A stretch of 64,000 bases of DNA from Eledone cirrhosa (lineage: Eukaryota): the NCBI GenBank assembly GCA_964016885.1, contig OZ024748.1, positions 26,784,001 to 26,848,000 on the forward strand, in the 5' to 3' direction. Of the stretch, positions 23,953 to 36,524 are shown one piece after another. Position 1 is the stretch's first letter. Every line of letters begins with the position of its first letter. A model generated the notes under the pieces. That model was not told where the DNA came from, searched no databases, and saw only the letters and a program-made list of their open reading frames with translations. The translations under genes and the position numbers were made by a program.

Positions 23953-24328
23953 CATCATTTTACATCCGCTTTTCCCTGCTTCCATGCAAGGGTGGGACGG
24001 GAACTGATTCTGGCTTGATTTCTACAGCTGGATGCCCTTCCTAACACCAACCTCATTTACAGTGAGTGCTGGATGCTTTTTTTTCCGTGGCGCCTACACG
24101 ACTACTTTACAGTGTGGGCTGGGTGCTTTTTTGCCGTGGCACCTCCATGACCCCCTTTGCAGTGGAATGATATGGACCCCAGTCCCTATCATCTCATTTT
24201 TACAGCTGAGTAAACTGGAGCAATGTGAAATAAAGTGTCTTGCTCAAGGAAACAACACATCACCCGGTCTGAGAATTGAACTCACAACCTTTCAATTGCA
24301 AGGCCAACGCTCTAACCACTAAGCCATG
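23953..24328 (-). mobile_element. CORE-type SINE with RTE tail
   Basis: Same family as 1-272 and 35370-35692. The tRNA head ends at ccactaagccatg. Confidence 0.85.
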
Positions 24329-24338
24329 TATACGTATA

Positions 24339-24394
<56 letters not shown>

Positions 24395-24417
24395 TACACA
24401 TACATATATATACGTAT

Positions 24418-24557
24418 ACATGGCTTAGTGGCTAGAGCATTGGCCTTGCAATCGAAAGGTTGTGAGTTCAATTCTCAGGCCAGGTGATGTGTTGTTTCCT
24501 TGAGCAAGACACTTTATTTCACATTGCTCCAGTTTACTCAGCTGTAAAAATGAGATT
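24418..24557 (+). mobile_element. SINE head + CORE, inverted copy of 24191-24328
   Basis: A-box tggcttagtgg, B-box gagttcaattct, CORE domain. Confidence 0.85.
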
Positions 24558-24959
24558 GTGTGTGTGTGTGTGTGTATATATATAAAACAAAATTTGTATA
24601 GCTCTGATCCACCCACTCCATCTTTCTGCGTGGGTCTTCTTGGCTATTGAGGTAATGGTAGGTGGTCTGCATCTCTCTGACCTTGTGGGGCAGGTTAAAA
24701 AACAACAGTGACACAGAGGGAAGTATGTATATGTGGGTGGGTATGCATGTGCACGCGTGTGTGGTTGTATATATATATATATATACATGGGTATGTGTAT
24801 GTGGTTGTATGTATATACATGGGTACATATGTGTATGTGTATGCTGTTGTATGTATATACGTGGGGATGTTTATCTGTTTTTTTATTTGTATTTGTTTTT
24901 GTTTTTGTTTTTATTTATATCGGTTGTTTGGGTTTTTATTTGTGTCGGTTGTTTTCTGG

Positions 24960-27292
24960 TAGTGTATGGGATTCATGCCCCTGGTTAATTCTAGGCCTGT
25001 GATTGGATGTTCTCAACACTTGTTCGAGTCTGGCTATTTTGTCCACAGATCTGATGTGGTTTTTGTAGTGATAACACAGGTCTGAGGATGAAGCAGTTTT
25101 GGAATCTGGTCTGGAGCGTCAATCTGGATCACAAGCCAATTGTTTGGGAAACATTTGTAACCAGGATTGAGCAATAAATCTCTTATGTAACACCTCCACT
25201 TTCTTCTTATATACACTCTGTACTGCATCAAGTGCTGGTTTTGGTACTCTCACTGGTTTTCTTCGGACATACTGAACCTTCTGCACACATATATATATAT
25301 ATTCAGGTTTGAGGTTCACCACTGTATAGAGCTGGTCTATTCCGTATGGTCAACGTAAAGCAGTTCAACCGTCTTTGTTTTTGTAGTTGGTGGTGCTATT
25401 ACGGAGTTAAATATTATAGCTACCCTATACTTCGGGTCATGTATAACTCACACTGAATTCGAACACACACTGACTCAATTTCCACATCTATATGCATTAT
25501 CTGACTGCAACTTGAACTATATTGTATTTCTCCTGTGTCTTGAACTATCCATTTACCCGACTCTTGTCTGTTTATTTATATCTTTATATCTTTATTTGCT
25601 GTATTAATGCTTTTCCACGTATTCTACCTCTATACATCCATGTACTTTTACTTCCCTTATTCGGACTTTTACTCGCGTGTACCCTTAGCACACGACACTG
25701 GAATGTCTCCCCCTGGGAACATTAATACTGCAACCTGAACTATATTGTACTTCTACTATGTCTTGTTTTCTCCAACTTACTCCAACACCACTCTTGTTGG
25801 TTTATTTACATATTTATATCTATATATTGATATATTTATATATTTATACCTTTGCTTTATCAATGTGCTCTTCCACGTATTCCACTTCTATGTATCCATG
25901 TATTTCTACTCCTCCTACTGGCACTTTTGCTCACTTGTACCCATTAGCACACGACACTAGAATGTCTCCCCATGAGAACAAAAAGATATTACCCGACTAT
26001 ATCCCGTACTCTACATCCCACTAGGATAAATTATAGATCTACATAATACAATTAACGTCTCTTCATAAAAGACTCTCTTTAATTAAACTCCGCAACCCAA
26101 AACCTTATAGAAGTTTTTCTTAAATGTTTGATTTTCAATTTTCTGTTTGTTCAATTCTCAATCTTCTTACTCTTTAATTTTATAATGTTATTCTGAATTC
26201 CTTCAACTTCATCCTATAAATTTAAACTATATTTTAAAGTTCCAACTTTCTGTCGGACTGTTGGGTGGGTTTTAATGGCGGCGCGACCAGCCCCCTGAGG
26301 CAAGGGCCTACCTTGAGTGCTTGGAAAAATAAATTTCCCCTTCTTTCGGTAAATGAAAATACTCGGAGTGGCTTAATTCGGCCCGGAGCACGGCCGGATT
26401 TTAACCGCCACATAGTACCTTTAAATTACAGATCAAATCAGAACTATTAGATATATCAACCTTAAAATGTTAAACTGTTTAACTTTAAATTTTCTAATTT
26501 CTTTGATATTAATTATTAATCTTTGACTTCATCCTATAAGTCTAAACAAAAACGTAACGTTTCAATCTTCTGCTCACACATTATAACACACTGACCCCCA
26601 CTATATTCACCTCTGCTAAGATACGGGTCCCTGTGAACATTTTCTCGCGCCACTCCTGGCCTGACTGTAGTCTGACATTAATATCGACCTTTCTTCCTCT
26701 TTCTTTCTATCTTCCCTCTTGTAGCCATCAACCCTTACTCTTCTACTTCTTCCTTTTATTCCTTCTTTTCTCCCCTCTTTCTGTCTTCCTCCCGCAAACT
26801 TATCTTCCTTCCCCCTTTTTGTTTGCCTATATCTGACCAGTAGTAGTTGTTTAGATACGGGTCCCGTAGAATAAAAAAATTTCTTCGCGACAATCCTGGC
26901 CTGACTGTAATGCCGACCTTCCCTCCTCTTTCTTTCTGTCTTTCTTCTTATAGCTGACATTAACCCTGGCTTCTCTTCTTCTTCCTTCCCTCTCCTTCGT
27001 TTCTTTCTTTCTTTTATCTTGTAACTTATGTTCCCATCCCTTTCTGTTTTCCTTCCGGTAGTAACACACTGTGAGCTTTAGCCACGTCACTCGAGGGCGA
27101 CCGGCTAAGGTAGAGGGTGCAAGATAGTGGTCACCCTCGGGTCCTCGATTTTCAGCCCCATGGATTTTATCTATTACATTCACGTATTATATTTCGAATA
27201 CCTGATATCACCGGATTCACACGGAACCCGGTCATTGAAATGATCATAGTATAATAAACCTTTCAAGGATTTACACAAATCCAGCCTCCTGT
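24960..27292. mobile_element. Unclassified CpG-richer insertion built of three pairs of diverged direct repeats
   Basis: Pairs at about 25504-25722/25726-25980, 26028-26230/26423-26570 and 26617-26830/26852-27060. Structured GC-rich segments at 26270-26410 and 27078-27140. Confidence 0.4.
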
Positions 27293-27304
27293 CATTTCAT
27301 TATA

Positions 27305-27321
27305 ATATTATATATATATAT

Positions 27322-27352
<31 letters not shown>

Positions 27353-27551
27353 CACACACACGCATATATATATATATATATATGCATACACACACACACA
27401 TATATATACATACACATATATACACACACACACATATACACACACACGCATATATATACACACACACATATACACACACACGCATATATATACACACACA
27501 TATATACACACACACATATATACACACACATATACACACACACGCATATAT

Positions 27552-27609
<58 letters not shown>

Positions 27610-27720
27610 GCACACACACGCACACACATATATATAGTTAAATATTAGACAGGAACAAAAACCAGGGAGGCAGTACAAATGGCAGTTTATTAGGTTCACG
27701 CTTTTGAGAGTGGGGGTGGG

Positions 27721-27806
<86 letters not shown>
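27305..27806. repeat. (TA)n/(CA)n compound microsatellites
   Basis: Direct reading. Confidence 0.9.
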
Positions 27807-27810
<4 letters not shown>

Positions 27811-28374
27811 ATTTAAGGTAACAGAACATATATATTATGTAAAGTGCTTGTGTTTCTCAGTAGAAAAGCTCAATGGACATTTGTCCAGAGCATCAATAAT
27901 TCAAATTATGAGATACATGTATATATAGAGAGAGCCATATGTCATTTGAGAAAGACATAGTATTTTGTACACACACAGAGCACATAATATTTAGGAAAAA
28001 TACATACTTCAAGGTGGAAAAAGTTCTCCTTTCCTTATGGTACCATTTCATGATAAAAAAAAAAACATTACTAAAATCAATCTAAGCAATCAATCATCAA
28101 TCACACACTAACAATTTTGGTAATCTAGTTTTGTATACCTACCCATCACTAGATATACAAAATACTCATACTTATATGTATACATCAATGTTAGAGTGAA
28201 CAGCTTAATTCTATTTTACGTCCGAGCCAGCCGATAGCTTTATATGTAAATGCAGCTAATCAGCCATGTGCATAGGTGTCAAAACTATGTTTTCACCTAT
28301 ATTGAGTTCCAGAGAAGAGCAGGGTAAGGGAGCACTGTGTACCAGGTGGCCTGGATCTCTGGAAAAGCATCTAA

Positions 28375-29710
28375 GCAATGGCAGACGGGTGTGATAATCT
28401 CAATTTTCAAAAAGGGAGACAAGAGAGGTTGTTCGAATTAGAGAAGGATGTCCTTGTTAAGCCTCCCCAGTAAGGTCTATGCTAAGTGCCTGGCAAAGAG
28501 ATATAGGGAGATTGTTGAGTCCAAGGTAGCTGATGAACAGTGTGGTTTTAGCCCCGGACGCAACACAGCCGACCAAATATTTACACTGCGGCAGGTCTTC
28601 AAGAAATTGTAGGAGTATTGCCAAGATGTATATTCTTGTTTTGTCGACCTTGAGAAGGCATATGACTGCATTCCTTGGGACCTGCTGTGGAAGGTTCCGC
28701 AGGAATATGGAATTGATGGTCAGCTTCTTGCTGCCCTGATATCTCTATATGAATACCCGAGTATTTGTGTTTAGTTAAATGGTGCTAAATCGAAACCATT
28801 CAATGTGGGAGTTGGACTCCACCAAGGGTGCATATTGTCACCTCTCCTGTTCATTATTTACATGAACAGGATTGACATGTGCAACCAGGTTGGAAGTACC
28901 AACACGACTGGCAGGTGTTAAATCAGTCGACTGGAATTTACAGATGACATGGTGTTACTTAACTTGACAGAAGGTGATCTATGACTTGCACTCGATAGGT
29001 TTGATGCTGAGTGTTGCATGGCTGGAATGAAAATTAGTGCCGTGAAAACTGAAATACTCATCCACTCAAGGAAGCCTGCGCAGAGCTCTCTACATGTGAA
29101 TGGAGTTCCACTGAAGCTGGTAGAGAAGTTCAAGTGTCTCGGGCTGTGTTTACGAGTGATGGAAGGCAGGAGGTTGAATGAAGTGCAAGAATTGCAGGAG
29201 CTGGTGCAGTAATGACCCAACTTCCGCCTTCAGATATCAGCAGAAGAGAGGTGGGTGTAAAAGTCAAACTCGCTATCTTCAATTCGGTATTCATGCCAAC
29301 CCTTACCTATGGTCATGAATCTTGGGCGATGACTGAAAGAATACGATCACGAATACAAGCAGCCGAAATGGGGTTCCTCCAAAAATGGTCTTTGGAGTAA
29401 CATTACTTGATAGAGTGCATATATCAGAGATCAGAGTCACTCCAGATAGAGCTGCTACTTCTCCGAATTGAGAGATCACAGCTATTACAGATACTATGGG
29501 CATTTGGTAGAATGTCTCAGATTTTACGGGAAAAAGCAGCCAGCAGGAGACCCAGGGATTTACCCCGAGCAAAATGGTTGGATAACATTTATGAGCTTGG
29601 TTGCTCTCAGCTGGGGCTCTAGCCAGATAGTTGGAAATGGTTGCTTCTGACAGGACTCACTGGAAGGAGTGTTTGAGAACTCTGCCCCCACAACCCTCCC
29701 AGTATTAAGA
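28375..29710 (+). mobile_element. Decayed RTE LINE, second family (RT pseudogene)
   Basis: Frameshifted/stop-ridden motifs: IISIFKKGDKRGCSNYRRMSLLSLP, DEQCGFSPGRNTADQIFTLRQ, CFVDLEKAYD, GVGLHQGCILSPLLF, FTDD, PTLTYGHESW, RIQAAEMGFL. Confidence 0.9.
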
Positions 29711-30289
29711 AAAAAGAGGAGGGGAGGAAAAAGGGAAGAAGATATATATATATTTAAAAATTTTAACTGCCAGAGAAAACAGATTCTTTAGTACTCTGTG
29801 AGAAACCAATTTCCAAGAAACACATCTGTTAGCTGCTTTCCTAGTCAGGAATCTCATCCATCAACTGAGCAAAAGTAACTCATCTGCCAACTTCTATTCC
29901 TCATAACAGGCCTTCCATTGTGAGCTTAGATTTCTCACTAATTCTGAAAGGAGGATAATTTTGCAAAGTGAAAATGAGATTCATTTACTTTGTAACACCA
30001 CCACCACAATCACCACTACCATTACCACCACCACCAGCATTACCCATTACCATCACAACCACCACTGCCACCACAACTACCACCACCACCCATTCACCCA
30101 ACTTCATAATGAAAATATACTTTCTCAGCGCCCTGATGATAAAAAACAAATCCAGAAACATGTGCATAGGAATATAAAAAACTTTTGGGTTTGTTTTTAT
30201 TTTAAAATTCTGTAAAGTAAAGATTTAACCTAAAAAAATTGTGAAAACCCATAATAGAATATAAACATTATTTTATCACACACACATCA

Positions 30290-30480
30290 TCATCACCATT
30301 TGACATCCATTTTTCCACACTAGCATGGGTTAGATGAGTTGATGCATTGTGAGACAAGTCAGATCAGGTGACCATGTCTTGCTCATACAAAACTGTTTCT
30401 GGCTTGGTTTATATGGCTGGATGCCTTTCCTAATGCCAACCACATTTGCAGCATGGACTGGGTGCTTTTTATTGTATCAC
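30290..30480 (-). mobile_element. RTE-tail SINE/LINE 3' fragment
   Basis: catcat tail, ttccacactagcatgggtt, ggctggatgccttt. Inverse of 60085-60315. Confidence 0.6.
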
Positions 30481-30744
30481 GAAAATGACCATCTGACAGA
30501 CATGGTTATGTGGTTAAGTAGTTTGCTGGATATGGCATCAATCTCACTGTATGGCCCCTCGAGCCCATGTCTCCTACTATAGCTTTCTCAATAAATTTAG
30601 TAGACTGAACCTGTAAGGAAAACAATCATATGTGGAGATGGTGGGCAGCAGAAGTGTCACAATTGGCACCATTCATAAAGAAAGAGGCACTGGTGACACA
30701 GCTTATGTCCTGCAGGAATGTTAGTGATATATACCATACAAGAA

Positions 30745-30946
30745 TGGTGGTGGTGGTGGTGGTGGCAGCGAGAATGGTGGTGGTGGTAGTGGTGTTGTTG
30801 GTGGTGGTGGTAGTGGTGTTGTTGGTGTTGGTGGTGGTGGTAGTGGTGTTGTTGGTGGTGGTGGTAGTGGTGTTGTTGGTGGTGGTGGTAGTGGTGTTGT
30901 TGGTGGTAGTGGTGTTGTTGTTGGTGGTGGTAGTGGTGGTGGTGGT
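30745..30946. repeat. (GGT/GTT/GTA)n compound repeat
   Basis: Direct reading. Confidence 0.9.
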
Positions 30947-32059
30947 ATCATCCTGTTTCTACCAGAGATATCAACTGATTTAGTTGATATCTCACCAATG
31001 AACACACTGATCTTGGTAAGATAAAACTATATGGAATGATGTAGTCAGCATGAATATCAAACATTTGAAAACATCTTAATACCATAACTGAACTGCCAAC
31101 ATTGAAGCATAAATCCTAATAGACTTAATGAGAACAAATTAGAGCCAGACAAATACAACATATTCACTGACAGGTCTTAAAACTTACACATCTATCAGTT
31201 GCCAGGAAAATCATAACTTTACTAATACATAAATTATATCTTGTACAGTTTCAGGTGTAGGACATGAGAGATTTTAAGACCATAAAATGATGTGGGTGTA
31301 TCATACAGCATGATTTACTAAATATAAATAACTATCATTTTAGAGATTAGTAGAATAAATAACCTCTCCTGCTAGTGTTAAGTGACTGACAAATTACTCT
31401 TGTGGTTATAAATCAATATTAGTGACTGAACCCCTTCCCCCCAAAAAAGAAGAATGAAATACCAAATGACTACAATGTCTTACGCAAATGTAAACTGAAA
31501 ATATAAAGAATTACAATGGCTTATTTGTTGAATTATAAAACGTTATGATAGTTGAGGAATGTATCTAAAACATCACATTTGTAATTCATACATTTGGAGT
31601 AATACCCAAACATTGTTTATAAGGATAAACATAGACACCTTTCCAAATATTGTGAGGACATTCTCACAGAGCATTTGTTAATCAAGGAACATTTTTCTGT
31701 ATAGCAGGAACAAATGGTTATAATCTTGTGCAAACATAAACTGAAAATCTAAAGAATTAGACTGGGGTAGCTGCTGAATTCAAAACATTATGGCAGCTGA
31801 GGAGGAATGTGACTCTCATACAGTTTGTAATTCTTACAACTGGAATGGTAAACAAAGATTATCTCTAAAGATAAACAGACACCATCTCTATGAAATAGCA
31901 ATACTATGATCGAGACATATTTGTTAACACATTCTCTCTCACAGCATTTGTTAACCTGGATTAGTTTTTTGTAGGTTTTCTGAGACATGATGTGTTTAAT
32001 TCTTTTGTAATTTAATGTAAGAAGGGAAGAAAAAAAACTCTTAGTCTAGTTCTGAAACT

Positions 32060-32412
32060 ATGAATGATGATGATGATGATGATAGTGATGGTGATGATGA
32101 TGATGATGATGATAGTGATAGTGATGATGATGATGATAGTGATAGTGATGATGATGGTGATAGTGATAGTGATGATGATGATGATAGTGATAGTGATGAT
32201 GATGATGATAGTGATAGTGATGATGATGATGATAGTGATAGTGATGATGATGATGATAGTGATAGTGATGATGATGATGGTGTTGATGATGATAGTGATG
32301 GTGATGATGATGATGATGATAGTGATAGTGATGATGATGATGATGGTGTTGATGATGATAGTGATGGTGATGATGATGATAGTGATAGTGATGATGATGA
32401 TGATAATGATAG

Positions 32413-32443
<31 letters not shown>

Positions 32444-33273
32444 AGTGATAGTGATGATGATGATGATAGTGATAGTGATGATGATGATAGTGATAGTGAT
32501 GATGATGATGATAGTGATAGTGATGATGATGATAGTGATAGTGATGATGATGATGATAGTGATAGTGATGATGATGATGATAGTGATAGTGATGATGATG
32601 ATGGTGTTGATGATGATAGTGATGGTGATGATGATGATGATGATAGTGATAGTGATGATGATGATGATAGTGATAGTGATGATGATGATGGTGTTGATGA
32701 TGATGATGATGATGCTAGTGATAGTGATGATGATGATAGTGATAGTGATGATGATGATGGTGTTGATGATGATAGTGATGGTGATGATGATGATAGTGAT
32801 AGTGATGATGATGATGATGAGTGATAGTGATGATGATAGTGATAGTGATGATGATGATGATGATGATAGTGATGGTGATGATGATAGTGATGGTGATGAT
32901 GATAGTGATGATGATGATGATAGTGATGATGATGATAGTGATGGTGATGATGATGATAGTGATGGTGTTGATGGTGATGGTGATGATGATGATAGTGATG
33001 ATGATAGTGATGGTGATGATGATGTTGATGGTGATGATGATAGTGATGGTGATGATGATGATGGTGTTGATGATAGTGATGGTGATGATGATGATGGTGA
33101 TGGTGATAATAGTGATGGTGATGATGATGATGGTGTTGATGATAGTGATGGTGATGATGATAGTGAGGGTGATGATGATGATAGTGAGGGTGATGATGAT
33201 AGTGAGGGTGATGATGATGATAGTGATGGTGATGATGATAGTGATAGTGATGGTAGTGATGATAGAGATGGTG

Positions 33274-33305
<32 letters not shown>

Positions 33306-33368
33306 AGTGATGGTGATGATGATAGTGATGATAGTGATGGTAGTGATGATGATGATAGTGATAATGAT
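32060..33368. repeat. 1.3-kb (GAT)n-based repeat with AGT/GGT/GTT interruptions
   Basis: Direct reading. Register shift at about 32820. Confidence 0.95.
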
Positions 33369-33418
33369 TGTTTCTAATATAGTTAAAAGGCCAGAAATTT
33401 GGGGTGAAGGACGATTGA

Positions 33419-33632
33419 TTAACCCTTTAGCATTTAAACCAGCCATATCTGGCCAGAATTATCTCACCTCTTTCTGTTCCAACTGGCTGTAACCAGCCAC
33501 TCATACTTATGTTAAGGTATTGTTTTCAAAATAAATAATATCAAAATCTCATAGATTCGATATTATGTGAGATAATTATGTGAAATAAAGTGTTTATGGT
33601 GAAAATACAGAAGTAAATATAGAGTAATGTAA
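33419..33632. mobile_element. TTAA/piggyBac-type MITE family A
   Basis: Begins ttaaccctttagcattt and ends aatgctaaa (right end clipped). Reverse complement of 33776-34002. Confidence 0.7.
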
Positions 33633-33775
33633 ATGCTAAACCAATCCTAATACATAACTGATACTTTATTAAACCTATACTAATTCATTACTGGTACTTT
33701 ATTAAACTAACCCCAATACATTACTGGTACTTTATATTATCAACTGATGGAAGGATGAGATGGTGAGATTTGAGT

Positions 33776-34002
33776 TTAACCCTTTAGCGTTCACATTACT
33801 CTATATATACTATTATATTTTCATGGTAAAGGCTTTATCTCGCATAATTATCTCACATAATATCGAATCTATGAGATTTTGAAACTATTTATTTTGAGAA
33901 CAATACCTTAGCATCAGTTTGAGCAACCAGTTACAGCCAGTCCACCAGAAAGAGGTAGAGAATTCTGGCCGGTTTTGGCCGGTTTGAACATTAAAGGGTT
34001 AA
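33776..34002. mobile_element. TTAA/piggyBac-type MITE family A
   Basis: ttaa-ccctttagcgttca ... tgaacattaaaggg-ttaa: TIR plus TTAA on both sides. Same family as 62582-62796. Confidence 0.85.
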
Positions 34003-34268
34003 GATGTAAAGAGCTGGGACAAATAATTCAAGGCATTTTGTCATGTAGGGATGAGCATCCAGCCACAGAAAGCTTGCCAAATAAAGGGTTGGGAAGACTC
34101 TTTAGTTTGTGTCAACTTCTCCAGTGCACTCGGTAGATTGTAAGACTATACATAAGCGAGATGCAGATCCCTGACCTGTTTGGGAGGTCAGTGGCTCCAC
34201 TTCAGTACTGACTTAGTCTATGTAGACCTGTCCAACCCTTGCTAGCAGGGAAAGCAGACATTAAGCAA

Positions 34269-34725
34269 TCTAAACTATAATAAAGGAAAGTCTGCGGGAT
34301 TACGAACGTTTTTTTTTTTTTTATCCCGTTTGTAAAATAAATTGGATTACTTTGAATAAATAATGAACGAATATTACATAATTTATCTACTAAATTTCGT
34401 GGCTGTTGATTAAATATATTTTATAGCTTTTTTAAAGATTCACTTCTTTAAAATTGTCAAATGTCAACACTTCCAGTTAGCGGCCGTTATATTATAACAC
34501 TTATAATCGCATATATTTCCGTTGCTAATTTTCTCCTAATGCAGTTTATATATAGTATCGTCTTTTTTTTAAATGTATCATGGATTACGTTACTGATTAC
34601 ATAAGACAGTGTAACATAGACTTCATTCAATTTCTGTGTATATTGTCAATTACGATTTTATTTGATGTATCATATCTACATGTGTATATACTTGTGTATA
34701 ATATCAAGGGTGGTTTTTCTGCTAG
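34269..34725 (+). mobile_element. Probable non-autonomous Helitron
   Basis: 5' a^TCtaaactataataaagg and 3' ggtttttctgCTAG^t (A/T insertion site). The subterminal hairpin is weak. Confidence 0.5.
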
Positions 34726-34738
34726 TGATGTATAATGA

Positions 34739-35282
<544 letters not shown>

Positions 35283-35287
35283 CGCAT

Positions 35288-35351
<64 letters not shown>

Positions 35352-35369
35352 CTTTTTCTTTTTTTTTTT

Positions 35370-35692
35370 CATTTTTATGTCCGCTTTTCCCTGCTTGCAA
35401 GGGTGGGACGGGAACTGATTCTGGCTTGATTTCTACAGCTGGATGCCCTTCCTAACACCAACCTCATTTACAGTGAGTGCTGGGTGCTTTTTTGCCGTGG
35501 CACCTCCATGACCACTTTGCAGTGGAATGATAGGGACCCCAGTCCCTATCATCTCATTTCTACAGCTGAGTAAACTGGAGCAATGTGAAATAAAGTGTCT
35601 TGCTCAAGGAAACAACACATCACTTGGTCTGAGAATTGAACTCACAACCTTTCGATTGCAAGCCCAATGTTCTAACCACTAAGCCATGCGCC
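35370..35692 (-). mobile_element. Full-length CORE-type SINE with RTE tail
   Basis: Head ggcgcatggcttagtggttag..gagttcaattct, CORE domain, palindrome and RTE-like 3' end. Confidence 0.9.
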
Positions 35693-35752
35693 TTCATCTT
35701 ATATATATATATAAGGATGACACGCAAATTCATGAAGCATTCCATATTTTTT

Positions 35753-35870
35753 AGGTTGGTGTTAGGAAGGGCATCCAGCTGTAGAAATCAAGCCAGAATC
35801 AGTTCCCGTCCCACCCTTGCAAGCAGGGTAAAAGCGGACGTAAAATGAAATGATGAAATGATGAAATGAT
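35753..35870 (+). mobile_element. 5'-truncated copy (tail only) of the same SINE
   Basis: Reverse complement of 35370-35465, with a (gaaatgat)n tail. Confidence 0.8.
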
Positions 35871-35876
35871 ATATAT

Positions 35877-35979
35877 AAGTGGTTACACAACAGTTAGTTC
35901 ACCATACCGAGAACAATTGTTTCACCTTAGCGGATCCTTAGCTCGATGGTATGGTGAACTAACTGTTGTGTAACCACTT
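35877..35979. repeat. Perfect 32-bp inverted repeat with 39-nt spacer
   Basis: aagtggttacacaacagttagttcaccatacc (35877-35908) and its exact reverse complement (35948-35979). Confidence 0.9.
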
Positions 35980-36042
35980 CTACCTAACTCGTCCCGTGGA
36001 CTGAGTGCTCTACCACTACGGATATTACCTTCCAGTGTTCTA

Positions 36043-36087
<45 letters not shown>

Positions 36088-36167
36088 GTGCAGTAATATC
36101 CAGATGATACCATCCATCCACTCAGCCCCTTCATCATACATCAAAGAGTCATGTAATATTATTCAGC

Positions 36168-36524
36168 TGTGATGGTGGTGGTGGCAGTGGTGGTAGTGAT
36201 GGGGGTGGTAGTGATGGTGGTAGTGGTGGTGATGGTGGTGATGATGGTAGTGGTGGTGATGGTAGTGGTAGTGATGGTGATGGTAGTGATGGTGGTGATA
36301 GTGATGATGGTGATGGTAGTGATGGTGATGGTGGTGGTGGTGGTGTTAGTGATGGTGATGATGGTGGTGGTAATGGTGATGGTAGTGGTGATGATGGTGA
36401 TGGTAGTGGTGATGGTGGTGATGGTAGTGGTGATGGTGGTGGTGGTGGTGGTGGTGATGGTAGTGGTGATGGTAGTGGTGATGGTGGTGATGGTGGTGGT
36501 GGTGATGGTGGTGGTGGTGATGGT
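36168..36524. repeat. (GTG/ATG/GTA)n compound repeat
   Basis: Direct reading. Confidence 0.9.

Noticed and set aside
32060-33492. Asp/Ser-rich ORF resembling an acidic biomineralisation protein
   Set aside because: Pure (GAT)n-derived repeat with a frameshift near 32820, no signal peptide, no unique coding flank or splice evidence. GAT tracts are common retroelement tails here.
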